From: the human T2T-CHM13v2.0 reference genome, Homo sapiens
Assembly (NCBI RefSeq): GCF_009914755.1
Contig: NC_060930.1
DNA: 64,000 nucleotides
Strand: one strand, 5' to 3'
The notes under the pieces were generated by a model. The model did not search any database, was not told where the DNA came from, and saw only the letters and a program-made list of their open reading frames with translations. The translations under genes were made by a program, and so were the position numbers. Below, one piece after another: positions 1 to 16,469 of this stretch. Positions within the stretch are counted from its first letter, which is position 1; every line of letters begins with the position of its first letter.

Positions 1-2327
1 TCAAAAAATGAATCCACCATAACCAAGTAGGCTTCATCCCTCGGATGCAGGGTTGGTTCAACATACAAAAATCAATACATGTGATTCATCCCATAAACAA
101 AACTAAAGACAAAAACCAAATGATTATCTCAGTAGATGCAGAACAGGCTTTTGATAAAATTCAACATCTCTTCATGTTAAAAACTCTGAATAAACTAGGT
201 AGTGAAGGAACATACCTCAAAAGAATAAGAGCCATCTATGATAAACCCACAGCCAACATATTACTGAATGGGCAAATGCTGGAAGCATTTCCCTTGAAAA
301 CTGGCACAAGACAAGGGTGCCCTCTCTCACCACTTTATTCAACATAGCACTGGAATTCCTAGCCAGCTCAATCAGGCAAGAGAAAGAAATAAAGCGTATC
401 CAAATAGGAAGAGAGGAAGTCAAACGATCTCTGTTTGCAAACAACATGATTCTACACCTAGAAAACCCTATAGTCTCGGCCCAAAAGCTCCTTCAGCTCA
501 TAAACAACTTCAACGAAGTTGCAGGATACAAAATCAAGGTACAAAAATCACTAGCATTCCTATACACCAACAATAACCAAACTGAGGGCCAAATCAGAAA
601 GGCAATCCCATTCATAATTGCTACACACACACACACCAAAAATACCCAGGAATACAGCTAATCAGTGAGGTGAAAGATCTCTACAATAAGAATTACAAAA
701 CACTACTCAAAGAAATTAGAGAAGACACAAACAAATGGAAAAACATCCCATGCGCGTGGATAGGAATAATCAATATCATTAAAATGGCTATACTGCCCGA
801 AGCAATTTACAGATTCAGTGCTATTCCTATCAAGCTACCAATGATATTCTTCACAGAACTAGAAAAAATTATTTTAAAATTTATGTGGAACGAAAAAAGA
901 GCCCAAATAGCCAATGCAATCCTAAACAAAAAGAACAAAGCCTGAGGAATCACGTTACCTGACTTCAAACTACAATATAAGGCTATAGTGACCAAAACAG
1001 CATGGTACTGGTACAAAAACAAACACATAAACCAATGGAACAGAATAGAGAGCTCAGAAATAAGGCCACACATCTATGACCATCTGATCTTTGACAAAGC
1101 TGACAAAAACAAGCAACAGGAAAAAGACTCTATTCAATAAATGGTGCTGGGATAACTGGCTAGCTATATGCAGAAGATTGAAGCTGGACCCCTTTTTTAC
1201 ACCACGTACAAAAATCAATTCGAGATGGATTAAACACTTAAATGTAAAACTCCAAACTATAAAAACCCTGGAAGACAACCTGGGCAATACCATCCTGGAC
1301 ATAGGAACGGGCAAAGATTTCATGAAAAAGACACCAAGAGCAATTGCAACAAAAGCAAATATTGACAAATTGGATCTAATTAAACTTAAGAGCTTCTGCA
1401 CAGCAAAATAAATTATCAATAGAGTAAACAGATAACTTACAGAATGGAAGACAATATTTGCAAACTACCCATCCAACCAAGGTCTAATATCCAGTATCTG
1501 TAAGGAACTTAAACAAATTTACAAGAGAAAAATAAACAACCCTGTTCAAAAGGGGGCAAAGGACACGAACAAACACTTCTCAAAAGACATACATGCAGTC
1601 AACAAGCATGTGAAAAAAAGGTCAATATCACTGATTATAGAAATGCAAATCAAAACCACAAGAGACCATCTCACACCAGTCAGAATGGTTGTTATTAAAA
1701 AGTCAATAACATTCTGGCAAAGTTGCAGAGAAAAGGGAACCCTTACACACTGTTGGTGGTATTGTAAATGAGTTCAACCATTGTGGAAAGCTGTATGGCA
1801 ATTCCTCAAAGAGCAAAAAGCAGAATTACCATTTGATCCAGCAATCCCATTAATAGGATTATAGAGCATTCTCCCATAAAGACACATGCATGCAAATGTT
1901 CACTGCAGCACTGTTCACAATAGCAAAGACATGGAATCAACCTAAATGCCCGTCAATGACAGACTGGATAAAGAAAATGTGGTACATATACATCATGGAA
2001 TATTATGCAGCCATAAAAAAGAACAAGATCATGTCTTTGGCAGGAACATGGATGGAGCTGGAGGCTATCACCCTTAGCAAACTTATGCAGGAACAGAAAA
2101 CCAAATATGGCATGTTCTCACTTATAAGTGGGAGCTACGTGATAAGAACTTATGAACACAAAGAAGGAAACAATGAACACTGGGGTCTACTTGAGGAAGG
2201 AGGGTGGGAGAGAAAGTAGCATAACTGGGTGATGCAATAATATGTACAACAAAACCCTGTGACACATGTTTATCTATATAACAAACCTTCACATTTACCC
2301 CCAAACCTAAAATAAAAATTAAAAAAA
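1..2327 (+). mobile_element. L1 3' half (ORF2 RT/C-terminal remnant plus 3'UTR), older primate L1PA15/16-like; runs off the window's left edge
   Basis: Broken ORF2 frames (45-347 QGWFNI..., 317-661 SLFANNMIL = degenerate FADD motif, 670-945, 1091-1411, 1890-2219); 3' end ...ACAAACCTTCACATTTACCCCCAAACCTAAAATAAAAATTAAAAAAA. Confidence 0.95.
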
Positions 2328-2834
2328 GAGAATCATACAGTGGTGTTATTCTTGCTACTTAAAAAAAGGTGATGTGATGGCAGTGATGGTCAATACCATA
2401 TGGGGAAGACCAGGTCCACACTTTGTCTACAATCAACTGCTACCACATAAGTCTTCTTGGTTAAGTAATTTGCGCCTACAGTGACAGAATAGGTCCCTGG
2501 ATACACTTCTATGTAGAGGTGTTCTCACTAGGCTGGGATGCCTCTGGAGCACGCTTTGATATTTGATAGATGCCTCCAGGACCAAGGGATGTCTTTTTTC
2601 TGTCTTTTCTCTGACCATTCCCTATGTCCAAGTACATGTGCAGCTTCAACTTCCCTCTGTGAAAATGATAGACATGGGTTGCTCCTTCTTCCTCTGGCAC
2701 AGATGAATAATATTTCCCACACTAACTTGAAGTACTGTCTATGAATTCAGCCATTGTTCAGAAGAAAGCACTAAGGGTTGGGTGTTTCTCGTCTCTCTGG
2801 CCAACTTCTCAAGGTGCATGCGCCCAGCACTCTC

Positions 2835-3380
2835 AATAATCTTTCAACATGGAAATCTGATCATGTCACTTCCCTTCATCCCACTGATCTTGGGATGAAG
2901 CTCAAATATGGCTTCCAAGGCTGTTTATGAGTAGGACGCTGCTCCCTCTACAGCTTCATCTTTCACCACTCCTCCTACCCTGCTCTCTGCTCCAGCCATC
3001 TTGAATTTCAATTCTTTTCTCATCTGGGATTGACAGGCTCATTCCTTCTTCCCTCTTCCCTCTCTCTGGCTAACGCAACCTTTAGGTGTAAGATTAGAGA
3101 GCACTTCTCCTCAGAACCTTTCTGACTCTTCCTGTCTCATTTACTTCTTTACTGTTAGCTTGACTTTTTTTTTTTTTTTGTAATTCTATAGCATCCTATA
3201 CTTCTGCAATCACAGCATTTGTCATTCCTATGATGAATGCTCATTTATAGCCTCCTCCACTCAACTGTAAGCTCCTTAAGGGCAAGAACTCTGCTCCCCT
3301 GTGCATCACTGAGCCCTAGCACCTAGACTGCTACCTAAGACACAACAGGTGCTCAAAAATAATTATGGAATTATGAACAA
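2835..3380 (+). mobile_element. L2 3' fragment
   Basis: AATCTGATCATGTCACTTCCC...CTGTAAGCTCCTTAAGGGCAAGAAC...CCTAGCACCTAG...AGGTGCTCAAAAAT, typical L2 3' motifs. Confidence 0.75.
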
Positions 3381-4497
3381 AGGAACTAATCCATGAATCC
3401 CATCAAAGACAAAACAGGTAATTCTAGAGAGTGTATATGTGGTTAGCTTTTCCTTTTTCTTTAATGTCTTTGCTTCTTCCTAGTTCCTGTGCTTGATTTT
3501 CAGCATTCTTGTTTAGCTTTTACTTATGTTTTGGATCAATATACATTTCTCCATTATTTTGTGTTTTTCGTACCAAGCGAGAATAAACTTTACCTTACCT
3601 AAGTTTAGGCCCTTTTCCTCTAAAGTCTTTTTCACCTTCTCTGCTTTCACTATTTTCTACTTCATCCCATATTAACAAGCATCTAACTTATAAAGTATTC
3701 TGCAGTGTTTATTGACTATAATATTTTTCATTTATGACTCATTATAGTTTCATTTATGTGGCTATGTTAAAGACACTTAAGTCTAATAGAGAATGTAAGG
3801 GTCCTTAAAGTTGAAGTTCCAAAAGCAATTAAAATTTAAGATAATAAGCTTTAAAGCAAAGCCGTCTCCTATGGACATCCTTCAGGAATGTCATACTAAC
3901 CAAGAAATCTGAAGGGGAACCATCTATTATTCATACTAAGGGAACAGGGACAATGGCTTCACACAGCTGACTTCTCTTTGCTACTGACTAGCTTTTTCTG
4001 CTCTGTGGATAATACAAACAGGATGAAAGGATCTTGATACTCCACAAGTAAATATCCTTTTTAAGCAGATGGCTTGCAAGTTAGGAAAAAAAGTTGCTCT
4101 CCAGTGATTAAAACAGCTCTCTGGAAGCCCACTTTATTGCATCTAAGTACACTGCTAGTCTCACTGGGAGAGTTTATTCCTTTCAAAGATCCAGCCTCTC
4201 AGCTGGTAAGAGTTTTGATAAATAATTTTGTTCTATCTATATGTACCTCTTGTTAATACAGGCATATCAATGATCAGTACTCATGAGCTAGAATTGACTT
4301 GTTCATGTTCATATTGTCTCAGTAATTCAAGAGACATGCATTTGATGAATGAAAATGCCTTAGTCATGGAAAGACCAAGATGCGCTCTTAAGAAAAGTTG
4401 ACCATATTAAGCCAACAGGGTCATTGTAAGTATCTGATGTCAAAGTGGAATAAACAAAGGAACATCTGTTATTTGCAGTTATCCAAGAAGGTGGCAG

Positions 4498-4700
4498 CAC
4501 AGTACAGTACAGTACAGTCATTAAGGCGTGGGAGCTGGGGTCTAACCAGACCTGGGTTTGGTTCTAAGCTCTGCCATTCACTACCTATATCTAGAAAATG
4601 TTCCTGACCTCCTTTAAACCCAATACCATAAAATGGAGATAATAGTACTTACCAAGTAAGATTTTTATGATGATTAAAGGAGACAATACATATAAAGTAA
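4498..4700 (+). mobile_element. MIR
   Basis: AGACCTGGGTTTGGTTCTAAGCTCTGCCATTCACTA...ATAAAATGGAGATAATAGTACTTACC core. Confidence 0.7.
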
Positions 4701-6389
4701 AATTTGAGCCCAGTCTCAACTATCTATCAAATGTTCAGAATATTTTACCTAAATTAAATATATGTTATCATCCACCTTCCTTTGCACAAACATGTGACAT
4801 GATATCATATAAAATGAAGACTTTATTTATATGCAAGTCTTTAGGTGGCACTTGCAAGCTTCCACGTGCCTATGACATTTGGGAACTTCTATCTGCATGT
4901 TGTAGGAACTGTTCATATTTATACCTCTCATGCCCATGTGGCTACATTTTAAAATGATTCAGTCATGATTCTTCCAGGGTCTCCTGTGGGCCCAGCTCTG
5001 TCTTTACCTAATTATGTTAGTTTCAATCGACAACTATAATACGAAGACTTAATGAGGAACACAAATGAGAGTAATTCACATATACCAAAAATCAACTTAA
5101 ACACACACTAATATAATGTTGAGAAATGCATTATTTAAAATACCCTGTACATTATAGAGAAATGCTTATCTTCAATCTTCCACTTGCTTTGTGGTGTCAG
5201 TTTACTGAGCTATCAATTTAAACTTAAAAGCCTGAAATTTGAATATACAGAATAGCTGAACAGCTGCAGAAACAAACTTATAAAAATATATACTGTTACC
5301 CAGCACATAAAAAAGCAATTATTTATTGAAAAAAATCAGAATTTAATATTACCCAGTAACTGCAAAAGTTGTTGAAAGGATATAATTAACATTTACTGAA
5401 GATTCTTAGGGGGTAAAAATATTTTAAATAAAACAAATATTTAGAAGTTCTTAGTTACTAGTAAAAACAATCTCTTTAAACATAACGTTCATCCACCTTG
5501 AAAAAAAATCTGCTGACTGGGACATTTCTAGATAATTTTGAAGCTCAAAAACGCCAAATCTATCAAAATCAGAGAGTTGCTCTTGGTTTGTGTTGTCACA
5601 ATCTGTGACGAGACAATGGGTCTTGCTCAGGTCAGGGGACCATTAAGGACCCAGGAAAGCCAGCAAAGGACTAGGAGATTTTGATGTACTAGAAAGACAC
5701 AGGATCAAGAGTCAGAAGACCTGGCTCTCACCCCAACTTTAGCTCTTGCTAGCAGTGTGACTGGTCTCATTCATTCATTCATCTATTCATGCCAGCTGCT
5801 GTGGACATCAATGAACAAGACAGACATATCACATATCACATATCACAAAGCTTATTCATTAAGGCCTCACCAGCACCCTAAAAATGGGGAGAGGACCGTA
5901 GAGTTGAGAAGAAGTTTAAATCAAACATCACAGGAAGAGGTCCATGATGGTCACCACTCTCATGGGATGAAATGTCTTTGGCTTCGTTTCTTTATTCATA
6001 GAACATGAGTACAACACCTGCTTTCTCTATTTCAGCAGGTACCAAACTCTGTGGGCATTTAACAATGTGTTAAACAAATTTGAAATAAAAAACCCTACTT
6101 TATTAAAATAAACCATTAGGAAAATCAAATAAGTACAAGGTTATCAGAGCAAAGCTTGCCTAGTTCACAAACATCTTCATGGATATGTTTAATGGCCCTT
6201 CAGAGGAAGCCAAATATTTGCATAACCATAAGCCTCCTTCAAATATCTTGAGACTTGTCATGATCTTAATTTGCCAAAGTGGGTCCCTATCTATGTTTGG
6301 CAGAACCGTTCAAATCATCTGAAAGCTACCTGCTTTTTGAACGGGTTTTTACTGATGAATTTTTGGGAGGAGTTCAGAACCTATCCAAT

Positions 6390-7050
6390 AGAAAGTCTTT
6401 TAACCAATGGGCCCTAATCAACTGGATGGATCAATCAGCATTCTCCATCCCCTGTATAAAATATACTGACCAATACTGTGGTCAAACGAATACTGAATGT
6501 TCTCTCTCGAACTCTGGAGCACATCAGCTCTCTCTGCATAAACTGTTAATGTCAGCTATACTTGCTTTGTAATTACAGAAATTAAATATTATGTTGGCCC
6601 ATGAAATATGAGTGTGAAAATAAAGTTATTTGTATGAAAATTTAGTAAAATTAAAGAAATGAAAGTAAGTCACTAGAGGAAATCTGCCATTGAATTAGAT
6701 ATGATTGAGACAACTGTGAAAGATTGGGGAAATAATAAAAATTTAAAATGACTTTGCAGTCAGACTGTGTTGCAAGTGTCTTAAAAAATTCCTCACTTAA
6801 AGAGACTGAAAATGGAAATCATGCAATAATGTGCATGAAAGATTACATGAAGTTCCAATCAGCAGACCCAAACTCGAAGAAAAGGCCTCGAGCCCACATC
6901 AAAAGATTGGCAAATAACTGTTCATTTGCAACTTTAGGTTAAATACATGATTTAGGCTATGTAGTATCTTTTTAAAAAATGATTCACTGTTTAATTGATT
7001 TTTCAACTAATGAGAAAACACCCAGTCAGGTTAGCTAAGAGGGCTCTGAC
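6390..7050 (+). mobile_element. TcMar-Tigger DNA transposon fossil (Tigger15a-like)
   Basis: Residual transposase peptides ETTVKDW (GAGACAACTGTGAAAGATTGG, ~6707) and VPISRPKLEEKA (~6852) resemble psq/CENP-B HTH motifs; degenerate termini CTTTTAACC...GGTTAGCTAAGAGG. Confidence 0.65.
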
Positions 7051-7235
7051 TCTGTAACCAGCCTGGAACCCTGGGAAGCTCTAGGTAGATAGGGTTCCTT
7101 CTTGTTGCTTTTTCTGATTTTTAAAATTTTCTAACTTTTCTTAATGGTTATTATTTGCTTATTTAAATAAAAACTATTTTAATAAAAAGATATATATCTA
7201 AATTTCAGCTATCTTGGAGCAAAAAGCCTTTGCAT

Positions 7236-7549
<314 letters not shown>

Positions 7550-8699
7550 ACCTTTGCATATTTTAAACAAAGAAAAAAAGAGGCCAAATATTTTTACTCA
7601 TGTGTTGCTTAAATGTTTAGTGATTCTGCCTTTTGCCCCCCATTTCTGGTGTGAGGCTACCTATCTATTGGTAAGACTGTTTTAACTGCAGTTCAATGAA
7701 TATGACCCTTCCAAGTAAGAAAGGCTGAACCTTTCCAGCTGTAAAGGTTGATTCTGGGGCAGCAGAACCCTACCATGTGTGACAAGGTTTCCTTTTACTA
7801 ATCTGGTTCTCCTCCTGTATATTTTGGGAAATGACACACGTCCAGGCAAAGCACACCATGGGCCAAATGCACATCCTCTCTGCCCTTAAGGGGCCATGAC
7901 TCAAAGCACTTCACTGGGGATGCCCAGGGGTTGTGCATGACCAGACATCGGCAAAGTATTTTTGAGAAACCTCCTCCTCAACTAAAAATACCCACTGTGA
8001 GAAATCTGTAGCGTGAAGCAAGGATCGAGTCAGTACAACACAAAAAAAGAGACAGGCTTGTGGCAGTCTCAGAATCAAACCCAGTTCGCCCTCCCTTACC
8101 AGAACAACAAGAACAATCAAAAAAAAGGTTTACAGGAAAGGACTTCTTGAAGGCAGTAAGATGGGATACATGGCCACACTCATTTTAGTCTTGTCTTTTC
8201 TCTTTCTCCTTGAGGGCTGGGATGGGGAAAGTGGCCCCAAATCTGCTCAAAGTCCAACTGAACACAATCAATAATAGACTTACTATGACATTTTAAAAAA
8301 ATTTCTACTGAGACATTAGTTTTATTCCTCAGTAAACACCTCCCTGATTTCTGCATCCCAGGAGAGCCTGGGCAAAGAAGAGCACAGGCAAGAAGTGTGA
8401 ATGTGTTCAGAGAAAGTGTTGGCGAGGCCTGGCTCTCCCAGCCCCTCTGATGGCTGAGAAAACTGCTTGACAAGAGGGAGACCCACCAGGACAGAAGCCT
8501 GAGCTTCACAGGGCAGACACATTGCTAGTGTAGCTACTGACTGCCCATGGCAATGGTTCTATTTTTTTCATGGGAGACCTTCCTATAGTTACACATAAAA
8601 AAGAGACATAAAACCGGAGAACTTAACGGCAGAGAAAAGTAAAATGGTAAATCTAGAATGTTTTGCTTAACTTCAAAACTGTTGTTGAATAGTTTAGAA

Positions 8700-9156
8700 G
8701 GAGTAGGGGGTTGAATTGAGGTCCCCAACAATACAGGTGTCCTAACTTCTAGAACCTGGAAATGAAACTTTATGTTGGAAAAGGACCTTCGCAGATGTAA
8801 TTAAGTTGAGAATCTCGAGATGAAATCATCCTGGATTACCTGAGTAGGCCCTAAATCCAAGGGGAGGTGTCCTTAGAAGACACAGAAGAGAAGACAGAGG
8901 AGAAGGCCAAGAGAAGAGAAGAAGACAGAAGTGGAGGCAGAGATTGGAGTCATTTAGCCATGAGCTGAGGAACACCTGGAGCCTCCCCAGAAGCTGGGAC
9001 AGGCAAGGGATGATTCTGCCCTGAAGCCTTTGGAGGAAGTGTGGCCCTGAAACACCTTGATTTTGGACTTCAGGCCACCAGAACTGTGAGAGAATAAACA
9101 TTGTTTTAAATTGTCCAGTTTGTGATAATTTGTTAAGCAGACCTAGGACACTAACA
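8700..9156 (+). mobile_element. ERVL-MaLR solo LTR (MLT1C-like)
   Basis: GCAGATGTAATTAAGTT...GGCCCTAAATCCAA...CACCTTGATTTTGGACTTCAGGCCACCAGAACTGTGAGAGAATAAA...CTAACA. Confidence 0.85.
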
Positions 9157-9192
9157 CTGAAGGCTAGGACAGCTTATAAGAAGACCGGTGGG

Positions 9193-9830
<638 letters not shown>

Positions 9831-9944
9831 CATCCTTAAAAATGATGGGCCCAGGTGGTCTGCTCCCTCCCGCTTTCAGTGTTTGAGAAGCAGATCTGCA
9901 GCTGCAGCCAACTTTTAAAAAAACGTGTCCAACAGGCTATTTAT

Positions 9945-10770
9945 TATTTAAAACCCAGCTTTATTGTTTATGTAAAGCTTGATACAGATGCATTATGAAG
10001 TATTAAACAATACAGAAAAGCACAAAGACAAAAGTAAATATCCAGATTCACCATCTCAGGAAACTTTCCACGTGTATTTCCAAGTGTTTATTCACACAGA
10101 GATGTCTGTGTACACTTTAACCTGCTACTCAGAGTGTGGTCCACAGACCAGCAGCATTGACAACACTAAGGAAATTGTTAACAATTCAGAATTTCGGGCC
10201 CTGACACAGCAGGATGTACTAAAACTGCAAATATGTTATATCCCTTGTTTTGTAACTTGCTTTTTCCACACTGTAATGTATTGTAACCTCTGTCCTTGGT
10301 AATAAATACAAACCTTATGATCTTTCTTAATATATGTACGGTATTCTTTTATGTACCAGAATTTACTTAATGAGCTCTCATTTGATGATCATTTCTAGTT
10401 TCCCATTTTTCCCACCATTGTAAACAATGCTCACCTAAAAATCCTTGAGAAAGTATCTTTCTGTTTTGTCATTATTATTTTTGGGTAAATCCCTAGAAGT
10501 CAACCAGTGTGCAATTTTACGCACACTGATCATTCTGATACCTAATGCCAGAACACCAGCAAGAATGCCCAGTGACCTTGCACACGAATGCTTGTTCCCT
10601 CACACTCTTGCCAACACTGGAATTTTTCTAATAATTTTAACCTTTGTCTATCTGATACTTAAAAATGACACTTCATTGATTTTTTTCCTTGCATTTTTCC
10701 AAAAGCAATAAAAAAGCTTCTCATACATTTATCGGCCATCTGTATTTCTCATTTTGTGAACTGTCCAAAG
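9945..10770 (-). mobile_element. Ancient L1ME-type 3' fragment with a nested MER5A piece (~10120-10200)
   Basis: TGTTCCCTCACACTCTTGCCAACACTGG, ATTGTAAACAATGC, GGCCATCTGTATTTCTC; nested CTGCTACTCAGAGTGTGGTCCACAGACCAGCAGCAT. Confidence 0.65.
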
Positions 10771-12879
10771 TTATTTTGGTTGTTTAAAATAACAGTTATA
10801 AAAGAATCTGTGGAATTACAGAGTTTAGAAATATGGTTTAGTCACAATGAAAAGACACGGAGAAGAAAAAAAAGGAAGAGAGAAGAAAATGTGCCATAAA
10901 AAAAGATAATCAAAAGATTAGTTTGTGTGTTTATTTATAGACACCAGTTACAGCAATCCAGTGATTAGGCAAATTAATGCAGCTGTGTATGATCACAGCT
11001 CTGGGATCAGCCCCTACATCCTTTTCAAATGATGCCACCTGTCATTTAAGTATTTTGCATTTGCCTTTCATGTTACATATATTTCATGATGATTTCCATT
11101 TTAAAAACCTTCTTGGTTAACCCTTTGAAGGTTCTCATGATATGGATTATCCTCTGCCGTCAGGAATGGGGTGAGCTAACCACCCTCCCAGGTAGGCAAG
11201 AGAAACAGCACGTTTGCCTCTGAAAAAGACCAATCCTCTCCAAACGTTCACATCTTAGGAAAGAGAACAGTTGCATCCTTTTCACTGGGTGTAAAACTGC
11301 TTCTCTGCTCAGAACCAATGGAAAAAAATGGGGGACGGGTCAGATGCTGTGTACTGGTTGACTTCAGTGGCATGTGCAGACCATGCCCATTCCACCGGGC
11401 ACATGCATCCCTCACACCCCCAGGGTGACCTCAGGCCTGCTTTGTCACACAGGCACCCACCTTGGGCTCCATACCCAGCACACGCAACTTCTCTACTGAA
11501 CAAGTGGCAGGGGTCTTCTCACAGGGCCCCTGGAACTCTTTCAACCCATAAGACAACGCCAAATGGGTGAAAACCCACCTCATCCACCCCTGCCACCCTC
11601 TAGTTGCTGCTTTATTTGTGAATTGAGACAAATCAGTCATCCTCATTTGCTGACCATTCTCTGCATACAGTACAGCAAGAGCACTATGCCAGGTGGCCAG
11701 GAGGGCCGGCTGCAGGGAAACAGAGGAAAGCGTGGAGAGAGAAAGTCTCTAGGCTCCACTTTGCGATCTGTGGGATATGAACAGGTGGAATAAGGTCTTT
11801 AATAAACATATTTTAGGATGTTAGAACAAGCAGGTCCCATTACAAAACCTGAAGGAAGGAATTTGAGGACAAAAGGAGAAGCATGACTTTATAGAACAGG
11901 TTCTATGTAAACACACAAAGCACATATACCTTAAGGATTGTGCATGCTAAAACGTATTTCAGTAGCTGCTAGAATGGGAACAATAGATTATTAACATGTT
12001 TGAAAGGGATAGGGACTCGGGAACACATCTCAAAAATGTGGGTCAGAGTCAAGGAAGCTTGCTGCTACAGTGTCAACAATGCTCTCAGTGCTACTGGCAG
12101 ATACGGCACGGGCAGAAGAGAAAGCTTTGGGTCTGCCACAGTTACAAAGAGTTGTAGACTTCAATATTTAGTTACGGGATGAAGAGGGGAGAAGGAACAA
12201 AGACCTTTAAATAAAAAGAAACAAAAGAGTGAACATGAACATAGAGCTACATGAAGTGTCAACCCTAGTGAAGTGATTATGTTTTAACTGTGTAAATAAA
12301 GTTCAATTAAATATTCAACATAACAGCAATAAAATGTAAAACACTGAGAAGCATCTCTCTCTAGTCAGTGTTTGGCAGATGTGTTGTGTTTTTGCATCTT
12401 GCTCTTTATGGTGGTATCTCTAACAAATTTAAGGGCAAAAGTGATGTAGACCATACATTCTAGAACCAATTCTAAAACAGCAAGAAGTGGCCAGATGCCC
12501 AGTGGCTTAATCAGATTCTTAATTCTACACACTACATTTATCCTCCAGTCTCACTGAAAATCTAACAGCCGAGTGGTCAAAAGAAAAGATAAAACTGCAA
12601 AATGGGAGTGCCACAAATTTCTGCTCCTCCTACTCCAGCCAACTTAACTTGACAGGGAGGAGGCAGCCTCTGTTTCCTTCCTCCCTTTAAAGGGGGGATG
12701 GCAAGCTGTTGACAACTCCTACTGTACAAAAGAGTTGTTCACACTGCAAAAGTGTTTACTGCTCACAAGTGACGCTCAAAATTAATTCACAGCAGCAACA
12801 CCAGCAGAAAGCTTTGACAGACTGTCTTATGTGTTGACACAGTTATACGTTGTTGCATAAAAAAAAGTAACACACTTAC

Positions 12880-13170
12880 CCTCTTTTCCAGCCCATACAC
12901 ACTGAAGTTGCTCCAAAGAGAGACTGTGAAATGCGTCTGAGATTGTAAATGCCACCCTCCAGGTAAGGATTTCCCGCTCCGCTCCGGGGTTGATGGCTGC
13001 AGGCATGAGAAGACGTGGACCCCCTTTTTGAGGTGAAGCAAGGCTGCGAGCCTCTCCCCCGGCCTCTGTTACAACTGGCCTTGCTGGTGGTTTTTCCTTC
13101 AAAGGCATTTCCCTCTAGGGCAAGCCTCAGGCACCAGGGTGGGAAGTGGGGTAGAGCTGTTTATTATACC
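12880..13170 (-). promoter_or_regulatory. Candidate alternative promoter / first exon of a minus-strand transcript
   Basis: Non-repetitive, locally CpG/GC-enriched; minus-strand TATAATAA (13168-13161); consensus donor AGG|GTAAGT with exon end at 12880. Confidence 0.4.
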
Positions 13171-13949
13171 GCCTTGGCAGAAAAGGAGACGCCAGGATAA
13201 CAGCTTTCTGAGACACAAATAATTCATCTTCCTCTTCCTTTAAAAAACAATAACCCTGCACTTAAAATGGCTTTGGGAGGCTGGGAAGATGTGACTTTCT
13301 TGCTCAGAAATGATTTACATTAAAAAATCAGAAAGAATGTAGTGTGATTTAATTATCTCAAGTTACCTGAGATGTTTAGAGTTAAAAAAGAAGCCAGGTG
13401 GGACAGCTAGTATTTGGCCTCATGTGGAAGATGTTGTACAGACTCTTTGGCTCAGCTCGGCGATCTGCTGTGGTGTGAGGCTCTTGCGTTTGAACAGTTC
13501 CTGCTGAGCAGCGTCCTCTCTGAGAAGTCACGGGACTTGAAAAATGAAGACCGTTGACACTTTAAAGGTGCTTCTGGCAATTGGAAGTAGCCACATGTGT
13601 AAAAACTACGCAGTGCAAGGACTTTCTTTAGATGGTGATATGTAAGTATCTATTGAAAGTAAGGTTTGCATGGAGCTAACCCCAAGGAAAACTGTGGACC
13701 AGGATTCACAGCCTTCCCATGCACTTTTCCCTTATGCCCCCCCATCTCCATTTCCCCAGCCATGGTCCACAGGTGCCCAAAGAGCTCTTCTGGCTTTGCC
13801 CCTTACCCCATCCTGGCCTATGCTTCTCCTTCCCTCTTATTCCTCCTCAGCACCAAACTCTCCTTTCTTTTGGTCTTGGGAAGGAAGTGGAGGAAAGAAT
13901 CCATATCAAGATGCAAATGACTGACAATTTAAGGTATTCATCCTACTAG

Positions 13950-14931
<982 letters not shown>

Positions 14932-15034
14932 TCTATAAAGGGTTCTGGATATCAAATAGTTTTAGAACCACTGTCCCAGACTACTGGAGCCCTAAAAACT
15001 TCATTAAGTGGTTTCCTACTTCTCTGTCACATAT

Positions 15035-15204
15035 TTCTTTTTCTTCTAAAAAAACGGGGTACATGTGCAGAATGTGCAGGTTTGTTACACAGGTGTACAC
15101 GTGCCATGGCGGTTTGCTGCACCTACTGACATGTCCTCTAAGTTCCCTCCCCTCACCTCCCAACAGGCCATGGTGTGTGTTGTTCCCCTCTCTGTGTCCA
15201 TGTG
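15035..15204 (-). mobile_element. Short L1PA 3' end (L1PA8A-like)
   Basis: Reverse complement ends CTGCACATGTACCCCGTTTTTTTAGAAGAAAAAGAAA. Confidence 0.8.
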
Positions 15205-15205
15205 G

Positions 15206-15874
<669 letters not shown>

Positions 15875-16139
15875 AGCTTTTGGGATTTGTTAGAGTACAC
15901 CGTTGACTGGTGGAATTCCTGCTGGTGTGATGAGATGCAGTGAGAAGTCGTAAGACATCCTCCAAGATAGAGGAGGTCTCCTTGATCAGTATAGGCCCAT
16001 GCCCAGGATACAGGTGACCTAGGATACAGGTGTTAATGCAGCCACCAGCTAGGATGCACTGGTCCTACCTGATTAGGGTGATGCTGACACAGGAGCTAAC
16101 ACCGAAGGAGCATTTTCTCTTTTGCCTGGCACTGTAACA

Positions 16140-16330
16140 TATGTACCACATGCTTTTACAAATGTGGTTATCATTCAGTAGAGTATGACCCTGAGCGTGA
16201 GTACTTTTAGCATTCTCATTTACCAAGGTGGAAATTGAGGCTTGAAGAGGTTAGATAACTTGCTTATGGTTATCATGCTAACAGAATAGCAGAACTGGAA
16301 TTGAAAGCCAGCTGTCTGGAGCTCATGGAC
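16140..16330 (-). mobile_element. MIR
   Basis: CATTCTCATTTACCAAGGTGGAAATTGAGGCTTGAAGAGGTTAGATAACTTGC. Confidence 0.7.
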
Positions 16331-16469
16331 TTCTATCTACCTCCAGTGGTTTCATCCCAATAGGAACCATCAATTGTGAACAGCTGGTACAGGCCAGCAC
16401 CCCCTGCTTCACCATGGGACAATACTAAGACAGCTAGAGGCCATACTGCAGATGCAGAGGCTTTGCTTA

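Noticed and set aside
11591-11607. CTCF-like motif (also ~43395-43411)
   Set aside because: Mismatches at core positions; cannot be supported without a PWM score or ChIP data.
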